Shown here one piece after another: positions 54,171-61,892 of a DNA stretch of 64,000 bases (position 1 is the stretch's first letter; each line of letters starts with the position of its first letter). This stretch comes from Lachnospiraceae bacterium (GTDB taxonomy: Bacteria; Bacillota; Clostridia; Lachnospirales; Lachnospiraceae). The notes beneath the pieces are model-generated. The model was not told where the DNA came from and did no database searches. It worked only from the letters and a program-made list of their open reading frames with translations. Made by a program: the position numbers and the translations under genes. Location of the stretch: the NCBI GenBank assembly GCA_017457865.1, contig JAFTGN010000095.1, positions 20,062 through 84,061 of the forward strand, in the 5' to 3' direction.

Positions 54171-56660
54171 TTATTTCTTCTTCTCTAATTTCAAATAAGA
54201 AGCAATTCCTGTGGCATCTGCCACACCCAGTTGCTGCAATGCCTCCTGAGTGCTGATATAAGCCAGATCTGTTGCATTGTCCATAAAACAATGCTCAATG
54301 ATAATCCCCGGAAACCCTCTATCTGCACAGTGCCTGTTGATGGCATAGTAATCTGCCGCTGTACCGTCTGCTGACACATAAGAATCGCTGACAGCTGACT
54401 GGGTACCAAGATTGGTAAGTCCCAAGCCTCCTAACTGTGCCAAAATGCTGTTGGCCAGACCCTGACTTTGCTCCGCAATCCCCTCTTTCATAGAGATGTA
54501 AGCCGAAGCACCACTGACAGAATGGAAGGTGGAAGAATTGAAATGCAGACTGACCAGCATATCCGCTCCTACACTGTCCGCATAAATGGCACGTTGTTCC
54601 AAATCTTCTTTGATGGTAGAGCCAAACTGCACATCTGTGCTTCTGGTCAGATACACGGTCACCCTTTCATAAGTTTCCAACTCTGCCTTACATGCCAGTG
54701 CTGTTGTAAGTGTCAAGTCCTTTTCCTTTAAACCATTGTATCCGGCACCAGGGAATCTGCCACCATGTCCCGGATCAATGACTACCACGTATTCTTTTCT
54801 ACCGGCAGTAAAATTACCGGATTGCCCTAATGCCGCATTGGCAGAAGAATTTTTCACTACATAACTTCCTGTATCCGTAAACATATACGTCACACCATAG
54901 ACGGTTCGTTCTCCGGAATACCGAATCCCATCTGTGCCATAGTAGAATTGATTGCCATTCACTTCCAGCCATCCGGTCAGCATAGAGCCATCTGCATTGA
55001 AATAATACCAGTTGCCATCAATGGCAGCATCACCAAAACACTGCCGCCCATCCGCCTGATAGTAGTACTTCTTTCCATTCTTTTCCAGCCAACCAGTATA
55101 GCAGCTGCCATCTTCAGTCAATAAATATCTACTTCCCTCTACAGTCACGCTCTGGTCGTACTGTTTGATTCCATCTGTTCCATAATAATAAATTTTTCCA
55201 TCCAGGTACAGCAGACCTGTATGCATGGTGCCATCTTCATTGAAATAGTATTCCTTTTTTCCAATTGTCCATACAGTTCCCTTCACCATATGTCCTTCTT
55301 CATCATAGTAATATTGGGTTCCATCTACTTTGCGCCATCCAGTATGCACATGTCCATCCTGGTCAAAATAATACTGCTCTTCATCAATGGTCATTCCACA
55401 GGAAACCGCCATTCTGCCGTCTCCACCATAGTACACTGCCTGTCCATCTGCATCTATGGACCAACCGGTAAATGCCCGTCCATCCTCCTGAAGCAGATAA
55501 ATTCCTCCGTCTATGACAATCTGCTGATCCAGTTCTAACAATCCATCCTCATTCAGATAATAAAGGCTCCCATTCTCCTCAATAAGCCGTCCGGAAAGCA
55601 TTACACCATCCCAGCCGAAATATCGTCTGCCTTCTGGAAAATCCACCCACCCAGTGCAATAGTGTCCCTCTGCATCAAAATAGTAGGTGCTGCCATCAAT
55701 GGTACACAATACATCTTTTACCATATGACCATTTTCATCAAAGTAAAATCTGCCTGCCTCCAATTCCAAAAAGGCATTGGTCACCGCTCTGCCGTCTCCT
55801 GCAAAATAATAAGTCCCACTGTCATCCGTGTACAAATAATTGCAAACCCGATATCCTTCTTGATCCAGATAATAAATATCTCCCTGATATCCCGACACAC
55901 GATTCACAGCTCGAATGCCATCTTCTCCGTAAAACCAGGAACGATTGCCTTGCATATACCAACCATGACACATCTGTCCATTCAGATTCAGCAAATACCA
56001 GTTTCCATCAATCTCTACACTGCCGGAGCCATATCGAATACCATCTTCTCCATAATAGGTTTCTTCATGCCAGCCGCTGAACCGTTTTGCCGTGGTATCA
56101 AAATAATACCACTTCCCATCAATGCGTGCCGTTTCATCCGCATATAATTTGCCATCTTCCCTTACATAATACCAGCTGCCATCTGCTGTCAGCCACTGGG
56201 AGCCTGCCACACAGTTTCCATTTTCATCAAAGAAATACCAGCCCTCTTTGGTCTTTGTGGCACCAATGGCCATTTTGCCATCTACCCGAAAATAGGTCTG
56301 GCCTCTCCAGCCGGAATACCGATACCCCTCTTTCGTAAAATAATAGGTGTCATCTTCTATTGCGAACTGACCATCCCGATACATCTTACCTGTTTCATCA
56401 AAATAATACCAGTTTTCTCCATCCTGATACCAGCCGGTATGAAACACTCCCGTTTCATCAAACAGATACAGTTCTCCGTCTATTTCTCGTAGTTCATCTG
56501 TTACAATTTCTCCCTCCTCATCAAAATAATACAGTGTTCCACCTGACTTTGCCCACTCTGATTTGTGAGAACAGCCTGACAGGAACACGGTACAGAGGAG
56601 GAGCATCCCAATCCAAATCAACCCAAAATTATGGTTTTGTCTATTCTGTCCCTTACCCAT
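54171..56660 (-). CDS. N-acetylmuramoyl-L-alanine amidase (Amidase_3) with a long array of cell-wall-binding (CW_binding_1 / choline-binding-type) repeats; lipoprotein-like signal
   Basis: It has many roughly 20-aa GW..(D/E)G.WYYF-type repeats. The C-terminal domain has VIDPGHGG and SLHFNS. The N-terminus has LSGC. The ATG at 56660 (MGKGQN) is preceded by GGGTGGTAAG. Confidence 0.8.
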   Translation of the reverse strand: MGKGQNRQNHNFGLIWIGMLLLCTVFLSGCSHKSEWAKSGGTLYYFDEEGEIVTDELREIDGELYLFDETGVFHTGWYQDGENWYYFDETGKMYRDGQFAIEDDTYYFTKEGYRYSGWRGQTYFRVDGKMAIGATKTKEGWYFFDENGNCVAGSQWLTADGSWYYVREDGKLYADETARIDGKWYYFDTTAKRFSGWHEETYYGEDGIRYGSGSVEIDGNWYLLNLNGQMCHGWYMQGNRSWFYGEDGIRAVNRVSGYQGDIYYLDQEGYRVCNYLYTDDSGTYYFAGDGRAVTNAFLELEAGRFYFDENGHMVKDVLCTIDGSTYYFDAEGHYCTGWVDFPEGRRYFGWDGVMLSGRLIEENGSLYYLNEDGLLELDQQIVIDGGIYLLQEDGRAFTGWSIDADGQAVYYGGDGRMAVSCGMTIDEEQYYFDQDGHVHTGWRKVDGTQYYYDEEGHMVKGTVWTIGKKEYYFNEDGTMHTGLLYLDGKIYYYGTDGIKQYDQSVTVEGSRYLLTEDGSCYTGWLEKNGKKYYYQADGRQCFGDAAIDGNWYYFNADGSMLTGWLEVNGNQFYYGTDGIRYSGERTVYGVTYMFTDTGSYVVKNSSANAALGQSGNFTAGRKEYVVVIDPGHGGRFPGAGYNGLKEKDLTLTTALACKAELETYERVTVYLTRSTDVQFGSTIKEDLEQRAIYADSVGADMLVSLHFNSSTFHSVSGASAYISMKEGIAEQSQGLANSILAQLGGLGLTNLGTQSAVSDSYVSADGTAADYYAINRHCADRGFPGIIIEHCFMDNATDLAYISTQEALQQLGVADATGIASYLKLEKKK

Positions 56661-56785
56661 TGTCTTACCACCCATTGAAATCTTTTGTCTCTGCTGTGCA
56701 TTATAACACAATTCTTTCAAATGGAACAGTTAAAATCAGAAAAAAACAGGCAGCTCCCCATATATTACAGGAAACTGCCTGGTTT

Positions 56786-57727
56786 TTAATTCAAGTTGAT
56801 GACTTCCACTGCTGGTTTTGCGGAAGGTTCTACTGTATCTGCATACAATACCGGGCCTTCTCCGCTGTACTCCCTGCGATACTCATATTTCATCGTACCG
56901 GTTACTTTTACCCACTGTCTGGTGGTCAGACGTTTTGCCTCCTTGCTCTTACACAGAAAGCCCAGGAACGCCACATCTTCCGCACAGCAGGTCATCACCT
57001 GACGTCCCGGCACGAAATCATTCCGCTGGAACTTGAAATTTTTATATACCATACCGGTAAACGTCACTCGTTTTCCCTCATACCGCTCCTGGTTGTCCAG
57101 TGCATCCAGATAGAAGATGCCAAAATCATCATCCCCTACCACAATCAAATCTGCATTCACATCATAGGGCAGGTCTTCATCCAGCACTTCGTCAATGTTG
57201 TCTCCATTCAGGTCTTCAAATACCACTTCTGTCTTCTGGTTGACCGCACGCACACTGCGCTTATAGGATGCCAGATCATCCGTCTCCTTACATCTGTTGA
57301 ACAATACCAGATCAGAACGGCGCACCATCTCTACAAAAATAGACTTCATATTGGCAAAATAGTTGTCAAAGGTGGTTGCATCTACAAGCGTGATCTGTTG
57401 TGCCAGTTCCCAGTATCCCGGAAACTGCAGTTCTTTGATGTTCCACATCCCATTGTATTCAATGACAATACGCCCTGGACGGTACTCCATCTGTAGTTGC
57501 TGCATCTTCTCTACAGAGAAGTCTTCCTCCTCTTCAATGACCACCATGTCTGTATTGCATTTTGCCAATGTTTCCTGATCGTATTCCTCGATTCCTTCTT
57601 CACATACGATCAGCAATGTCTTTTCTTTGACCTGAAAATAATCCTGTGCCAATGTAAAAGACAGAAACTGGGTCTTTCCACTCTCTAAAAATCCATCAAT
57701 CAGATAGACCGGAATCTTCTCGTTCAT
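56786..57727 (-). CDS. P-loop (CobW/COG0523-like) N-terminal domain fused to a DUF1980 C-terminal-like domain
   Basis: The N-terminus IPVYLIDGFLESGKTQFL (GxxxxGKT) and DLVLFNRC resemble CobW G-domains, but no CxCC is present. The C-terminus GMVYKN..F.RNDFVPGRQVMTCCAEDVAFLGFLC....WVKVTG matches my recollection of the YcgQ/TIGR03943 C-terminal domain. Confidence 0.5.
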   Translation of the reverse strand: MNEKIPVYLIDGFLESGKTQFLSFTLAQDYFQVKEKTLLIVCEEGIEEYDQETLAKCNTDMVVIEEEEDFSVEKMQQLQMEYRPGRIVIEYNGMWNIKELQFPGYWELAQQITLVDATTFDNYFANMKSIFVEMVRRSDLVLFNRCKETDDLASYKRSVRAVNQKTEVVFEDLNGDNIDEVLDEDLPYDVNADLIVVGDDDFGIFYLDALDNQERYEGKRVTFTGMVYKNFKFQRNDFVPGRQVMTCCAEDVAFLGFLCKSKEAKRLTTRQWVKVTGTMKYEYRREYSGEGPVLYADTVEPSAKPAVEVINLN

Positions 57728-57831
57728 GTTTCATTCTCCTTATATGCAGATTGATCAGTTAGACGATTGCCAAACTATAATACCAAACGCCTTTCATCAA
57801 AATTTTATCTGAACATTCGATTTTGTCTAAA

Positions 57832-57997
57832 TGCTGTCTCGTACGCAACCTGTCTTTCGAAGGCACGTTCCCACTTCGTGTAGAATGCAGCGGGCACTAA
57901 TGTTTTTTATCGGAAATACAATAGATTTCCTCAAAAAACAAAGTGCCGGCTTCTACAAAAGCCTTCTGAAAGACAGGTTTGCCTTCCTCAACAGCAC
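57832..57997 (+). repeat. Long-hairpin intergenic repeat, family A copy 3
   Basis: TGCTGT...ACAGCA closure, ACCTGTCTTTCGAAGG / CCTTCTGAAAGACAGGT stem, CACGTTCCCACTTCGTG block, and GGCACTAATGTTTTTT / AAAAAACAAAGTGCC inner stem. Confidence 0.75.
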
Positions 57998-58084
57998 AAT
58001 ATACCGCTATATGTTCAAATAAAATTTTGATATACAGGCTGTGTTTGGGTCAGAACAAAAAGTTTCGCAATCGCCTAAGATTAC

Positions 58085-59392
58085 TCAGGCAAACAACTCT
58101 GCCAGCTTATCCTCTGCCAGCTTGCTGCCGATGACACAAATCTTACCGGTGGTCTGGGCCTTACCGGTGCGCACTTCATATTCGCCCGGAACCAGATCAA
58201 AGTATAACCAGTCTGCACCTGCCTCTTTGGATGCCACCATACCCTTGGCACGAAGAATGATACCGTAGTCCTCTGTATCTGCCAGCTGCTCTAAAATCTG
58301 TTCCAATTCTGTCTTATCATAGGCACGGGCATTTTCCAGTCCCCAGCTGGTAAATACTTCATCTGCATGATGATGGTGGTGTCCGTGGTGATGATGTCCA
58401 CAGCTGCACTCTTCACCATCCTCATGATGATGTTCGTGCTCTTCATGGTCATGATCATGTCCACAACCACATTCTTCCTCATGGTCGTGATGGTGGTGAT
58501 GATGCGCATGTTCTTCACCGTCTTCCTCTTCATCATGCTCATGATGATGGTGATGGTGACCACAGCCGCATTCTTCCTCATCCTCGTCATGGTCGTGATG
58601 GTGGTGATGATGCGCATGTTCTTCACCGTCTTCCTCTTCATCATGCTCATGGTGGTGGTGATGGTGCTCATGCTCTTCCTCATCCTCATCATGGTGGTGA
58701 TGGTGATGACCGCAGCCACATGTTTCCTCATTATCGTCATGATGATGGTGATGGTGCTCCTCTACTTCTTTTAACAGGCTTGCTGCCAGATCCTCCTTGC
58801 GGTTTTCCATCGCCTCTAAAATCTGAGCTCCATCTAAAGAATCCCACGGAGTGGTGATGATTTCTGCCTGTGGATTGTGTTCCCGAATCATAGCGATCAC
58901 CTGTGCGATCTTTTCCTCAGACATCTTGTCTGTACGGCTCAACACGATGGTGTTGGAGTTTTCAATCTGGTTGTTAAAGAACTCTCCAAAATTCTTCATG
59001 TACATTCTGCACTTTTGGGCATCTACCACTACCACAGAACTGTTTAATGTCACACCTACCTCTTCGTTTACATCTGCCACTGCCTTCTTCACATCAGACA
59101 GCTTGCCTACACCAGACGGCTCGATGATGATACGGTCTGGCTGATACTTGGTCAACACTTCCTTTAAAGATGCGCCAAAATCGCCTACCAGAGAGCAACA
59201 GATACAACCACTGTTCATCTCACGAATCTCTACACCGGCTTCCTGTAAGAAACCACCGTCAATTCCAATCTCACCAAACTCATTTTCAATGAGCACGATC
59301 TGCTCACCGGAAAATGCCTCCTTCAGTAACTTTTTAATCAAAGTTGTCTTACCTGCGCCAAGAAAACCACTGACGATATCAATCTTTGTCAT
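58085..59392 (-). CDS. COG0523/CobW-family metallochaperone GTPase with a very long His/Cys/Asp/Glu-rich insert
   Basis: VSGFLGAGKTTLI Walker A and the GCICCS (CxCC) metal motif. An insert of about 170 aa is built from HHHHHH, CGCGH and acidic runs before the CobW C-terminal domain. The ATG at 59392 is preceded by GGAGGA. Confidence 0.85.
   Translation of the reverse strand: MTKIDIVSGFLGAGKTTLIKKLLKEAFSGEQIVLIENEFGEIGIDGGFLQEAGVEIREMNSGCICCSLVGDFGASLKEVLTKYQPDRIIIEPSGVGKLSDVKKAVADVNEEVGVTLNSSVVVVDAQKCRMYMKNFGEFFNNQIENSNTIVLSRTDKMSEEKIAQVIAMIREHNPQAEIITTPWDSLDGAQILEAMENRKEDLAASLLKEVEEHHHHHHDDNEETCGCGHHHHHHDEDEEEHEHHHHHHEHDEEEDGEEHAHHHHHHDHDEDEEECGCGHHHHHHEHDEEEDGEEHAHHHHHHDHEEECGCGHDHDHEEHEHHHEDGEECSCGHHHHGHHHHHADEVFTSWGLENARAYDKTELEQILEQLADTEDYGIILRAKGMVASKEAGADWLYFDLVPGEYEVRTGKAQTTGKICVIGSKLAEDKLAELFA
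58481..58651. repeat. 108-bp-period tandem repeat within the His-rich insert
   Basis: The 63-nt string ATGGTCGTGATGGTGGTGATGATGCGCATGTTCTTCACCGTCTTCCTCTTCATCATGCTCATG occurs at 58481 and again at 58589. This is one 36-aa period, EHDEEEDGEEHAHHHHHHDH...CGCGHHHHHH. Confidence 0.85.
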
Positions 59393-59476
59393 TTTATCAA
59401 TCCTCCATGTTATATCATTCGCTGTTTTATGAATCAATTCAGAGACAGACGTTTTTCCTGCCTGTCTCTGAATGCC

Positions 59477-59511
59477 AATCATATTTTAATATAATGATTT
59501 CTAAAATTCAA
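59477..59511 (-). promoter_or_regulatory. Candidate promoter with overlapping AT-rich inverted repeat (possible Zur/Fur-family operator) upstream of the CobW gene
   Basis: Minus strand: TTGAAT, 17 nt, TAAAAT. The inverted repeat AAATCAT-N10-ATGATT (59477-59500) spans the -10. It is followed by a 5' UTR hairpin, CAGAGACAG...CTGTCTCTG (59440-59470). Confidence 0.35.
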
Positions 59512-59546
59512 TATCCAAACAATAAAGAATCTGTGAAATCCACCTA

Positions 59547-60332
59547 CTACTTTTTGTTCATCACCGCTTCTACTGCATCAATGAATGCGGCACGCATGCC
59601 CTTTTCTTCCAGACATTTTACCCCTCTGATGGTGGTACCTGCCGGTGAGCATACATTGTCCTTTAACTGTCCCGGATGTTCCCCTGTCTCTAACTGCAAT
59701 GCGGCTGTACCTTTCACTGCCTGAGCCACCAGACGATAGGCTGTCTGTCTGGGCACGCCATACAGAACCCCTGCATCTGCAAGAGCTTCGATCATCATGG
59801 AAATCCATGCCGGAGAACAGGAGCTGATGGCACCGCCAATACCCATGAGATGCGTAGGCAGTTCCTCTACCAGTCCCACTGCCTGCATCAGCTGAATCAC
59901 ATAGGCATGTTCTTCCTCTGTCAGGGAATGGGTCTGTTCCAACAAGATCACTCCTTCTCCTACCAGTGCCGGTGTGTTTGGCATCATACATAAGATACGG
60001 CAAGACGGATCCAACAACGCTGCAAACTTTTCATAAGTCCAGCCTGCTGCCACAGACAGGATTGTCTTTCCTGCCAGACGTTCTTTCTGTCTGTTTAAAA
60101 ATGCTTCTATATAGTATGGTTTAATGGCAATGACCACTGTATCCACTGCATCGATCAGTTCCTCTTCACTGTGACACACGCCAATCTGATAGGTATCTGC
60201 CATAGCCTGTAATTTCTCCGGATGGTGATCATAGGCAAACACATCTGCGCCTGCAATGGCTCCTTTTCCTACGATTCCCTGTACAATGGCAGATGCCATA
60301 TTCCCCATTCCAATAAATCCAATTTTTTTCAT
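59547..60332 (-). CDS. proC: Pyrroline-5-carboxylate reductase
   Basis: IGFIGMGNMASAI Rossmann N-terminus, with MPNTPALVGEG and CSPAGTTI motifs. The ATG at 60332 is preceded by GAGGAG. Confidence 0.9.
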   Translation of the reverse strand: MKKIGFIGMGNMASAIVQGIVGKGAIAGADVFAYDHHPEKLQAMADTYQIGVCHSEEELIDAVDTVVIAIKPYYIEAFLNRQKERLAGKTILSVAAGWTYEKFAALLDPSCRILCMMPNTPALVGEGVILLEQTHSLTEEEHAYVIQLMQAVGLVEELPTHLMGIGGAISSCSPAWISMMIEALADAGVLYGVPRQTAYRLVAQAVKGTAALQLETGEHPGQLKDNVCSPAGTTIRGVKCLEEKGMRAAFIDAVEAVMNKK

Positions 60333-60385
60333 TGCGATACTCCTCAATTTATATTTGTGTATGCAAAACGCAGAAAGGTTTTGAT

Positions 60386-60551
60386 GTGCTGTCTACGTAC
60401 GCAATATGACTTTTTCAGGCACGCTCTCGCTTCGTGTAGAATGCAACGGCACTAATGTTTTTTATCGTAAATGCAATGCATTCACTCAAAAAACAAAGTG
60501 CCGGCTTCTACAAGAGCCTGTAAAAGTCATATTTACCTCCCTTGACAGCAC
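60386..60551 (+). repeat. Long-hairpin intergenic repeat, family A copy 4
   Basis: GTGCTGTC / GACAGCAC closure, ATATGACTTTTTCAGG / CCTGTAAAAGTCATAT stem, CACGCTCTCGCTTCGTG block, and GGCACTAATGTTTTTT / AAAAAACAAAGTGCC inner stem. Confidence 0.75.
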
Positions 60552-60597
60552 TGATAAAAGTTTCGAAGCGTTTTGCAATTCAGCAAATTTTCTTGCT

Positions 60598-60799
60598 GTA
60601 CTTGCGCAATTTAGACTACAAACAGCTTGCGCCATCAAAATTTTTATGTTTGAAAAACTCTGTGGAGCGTTGGCACTTTGTTTTTCGAGTTCTGCGAAGA
60701 AAAACATTAGTGCCACTACGCGTAACCGAAGCGGAAGCGTGTTTTTCAAACAAAAATTTTGAGGAAGAAAGCGTCCGGTGAAATAGATTGCGCAAGTAC
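60598..60799 (-). repeat. Long-hairpin intergenic repeat, family A copy 5 (reverse orientation, longer subfamily)
   Basis: GTACTTGCGCAAT / ATTGCGCAAGTAC closure (13 bp perfect) and TCAAAATTTTTATGTTTGAAAAAC / GTTTTTCAAACAAAAATTTTGA stem. The reverse complement carries CACGCTTCCGCTTCGG, GGCACTAATGTTTTT / AAAAACAAAGTGCC and CCACAGAG. Confidence 0.7.
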
Positions 60800-60813
60800 A
60801 AATATAAATTTGC

Positions 60814-61713
60814 TTATCCCCACACAGGAAACAGACCCAAGATCAATCCTGCCACTACACCGGTTCCATACAGGATTCCCAATACCTGGAAATTCCGCTT
60901 CATATTCCGGTTTGCCCGAAACAGCACCAGCAGTCCCACACCGGAACCTACCAGCAATCCGGACAGCATGGCACCTGCCCTCATGGTACCGGACAGATAT
61001 AACTCTGTGATCACCACAGATGCGGCACAGTTTGGAATCAGACCGATCAATCCTGCGATCAGCTCCCCAATCACTGGGCGGTTCAAAATCAAGCTGCCCA
61101 GCCGATCTTCTCCCACATATAAAACCACCGTATTTAAGATGAAAGATGCCAGCAAGATAAATCCTGCAATCTGTGATGTATGAACCAGTGCAGACAAAGC
61201 AATGCCGCCTGCACCTTTATGGTCATGGCAATGACAGTGGCTGTCCTCACACAGTTCATGAATATGTTCATGGCGGTGCTGTTTTCCCAGTATCTGATTC
61301 GAAATGAAATCCAATATGAATCCGGCAATCACTGCCACTACCACTTTCACCAGAAGAATCTTCATGATCAAACCTGCCGGTGCCTGGGCACCAATCATGA
61401 TCGGAAGCATTTCATCTGATGTAGACAAAAACACTGCCAATAACGTGCCAGCTGTCACGATGCCGCCTGCATACAAACTGGAAATGGCAGCAGAAAATCC
61501 ACACTGGGGAATGACTCCCAGTATTCCCCCTGCCAATGGACCAAACTGCTTTGCTTCCCGCATCCACAATTCCATCTTCTTGCCTGCTGCATGTTCTAAC
61601 CATTCCATCAAAAGATATGTCACATATAAAAATGGTATAATTCGTAACGTATCCAATATACTATCAACTATTACATCCCACATCCCTGCCGTCCGACCAT
61701 CCTCTCGCTTCAT
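60814..61713 (-). CDS. Polytopic membrane protein of the putative-manganese-transporter family, with His/Cys-rich cytoplasmic loop
   Basis: MWDVIVDSILDTL...FGPLAGGILGVIPQCGFSAA.SSLYAGG.....LLAVFLSTSDEMLP matches proteins I recall being annotated as putative manganese transporter. The central loop is HRHEHIHELCEDSHCHCHDHKG. The start is ambiguous (61713 or 61683). Confidence 0.5.
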   Translation of the reverse strand: MKREDGRTAGMWDVIVDSILDTLRIIPFLYVTYLLMEWLEHAAGKKMELWMREAKQFGPLAGGILGVIPQCGFSAAISSLYAGGIVTAGTLLAVFLSTSDEMLPIMIGAQAPAGLIMKILLVKVVVAVIAGFILDFISNQILGKQHRHEHIHELCEDSHCHCHDHKGAGGIALSALVHTSQIAGFILLASFILNTVVLYVGEDRLGSLILNRPVIGELIAGLIGLIPNCAASVVITELYLSGTMRAGAMLSGLLVGSGVGLLVLFRANRNMKRNFQVLGILYGTGVVAGLILGLFPVWG

Positions 61714-61786
61714 TTATTGTACCGATTCAGAGTCAAACTTTCCATGAGATCTTCATACCAATATCTGTATTCTCTGAACAAATCAC

Positions 61787-61816
61787 ATTATAATCATTGC
61801 AGGCAGCCTGTGTCAA
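61787..61816 (-). promoter_or_regulatory. Candidate promoter of the His/Cys-loop membrane protein gene
   Basis: Minus strand: TTGACA, 18 nt, TATAAT. Confidence 0.45.
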
Positions 61817-61892
61817 ACAATTAAACACATTCTAAACTGTTCTTCCTCTCTCTGATACAGCAAGCAATCTGTTCCGTATCTCCTGGTATGCC

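Noticed and set aside
54079-56720. Integrated element next to tRNA-Thr.
   Set aside because: No integrase, no direct repeat of the tRNA 3' end, and no phage genes are present. The neighbouring gene is a chromosomal-type cell-wall amidase.
58291-58774. 149-aa (minus) and 135-aa (plus) ORFs overlapping the CobW His-rich region.
   Set aside because: They are alternative-frame and antisense readings of the CAT/CAC/GAT-rich repeat, giving M/I/T/V-rich low-complexity products. The CobW frame has clear flanking domains.
60406-60801. Four overlapping 61-118-aa ORFs on both strands between proC and the transporter gene.
   Set aside because: The region consists of two long-hairpin repeats, and ORFs on both strands are a palindrome artefact.
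61780-61798. A second Zur-like box upstream of the His/Cys-loop membrane protein gene (AAATCACATTATAATCATT).
   Set aside because: The arms are direct rather than inverted repeats. The similarity to the CobW box is limited to AAATCA and is largely explained by the TATAAT -10 element.
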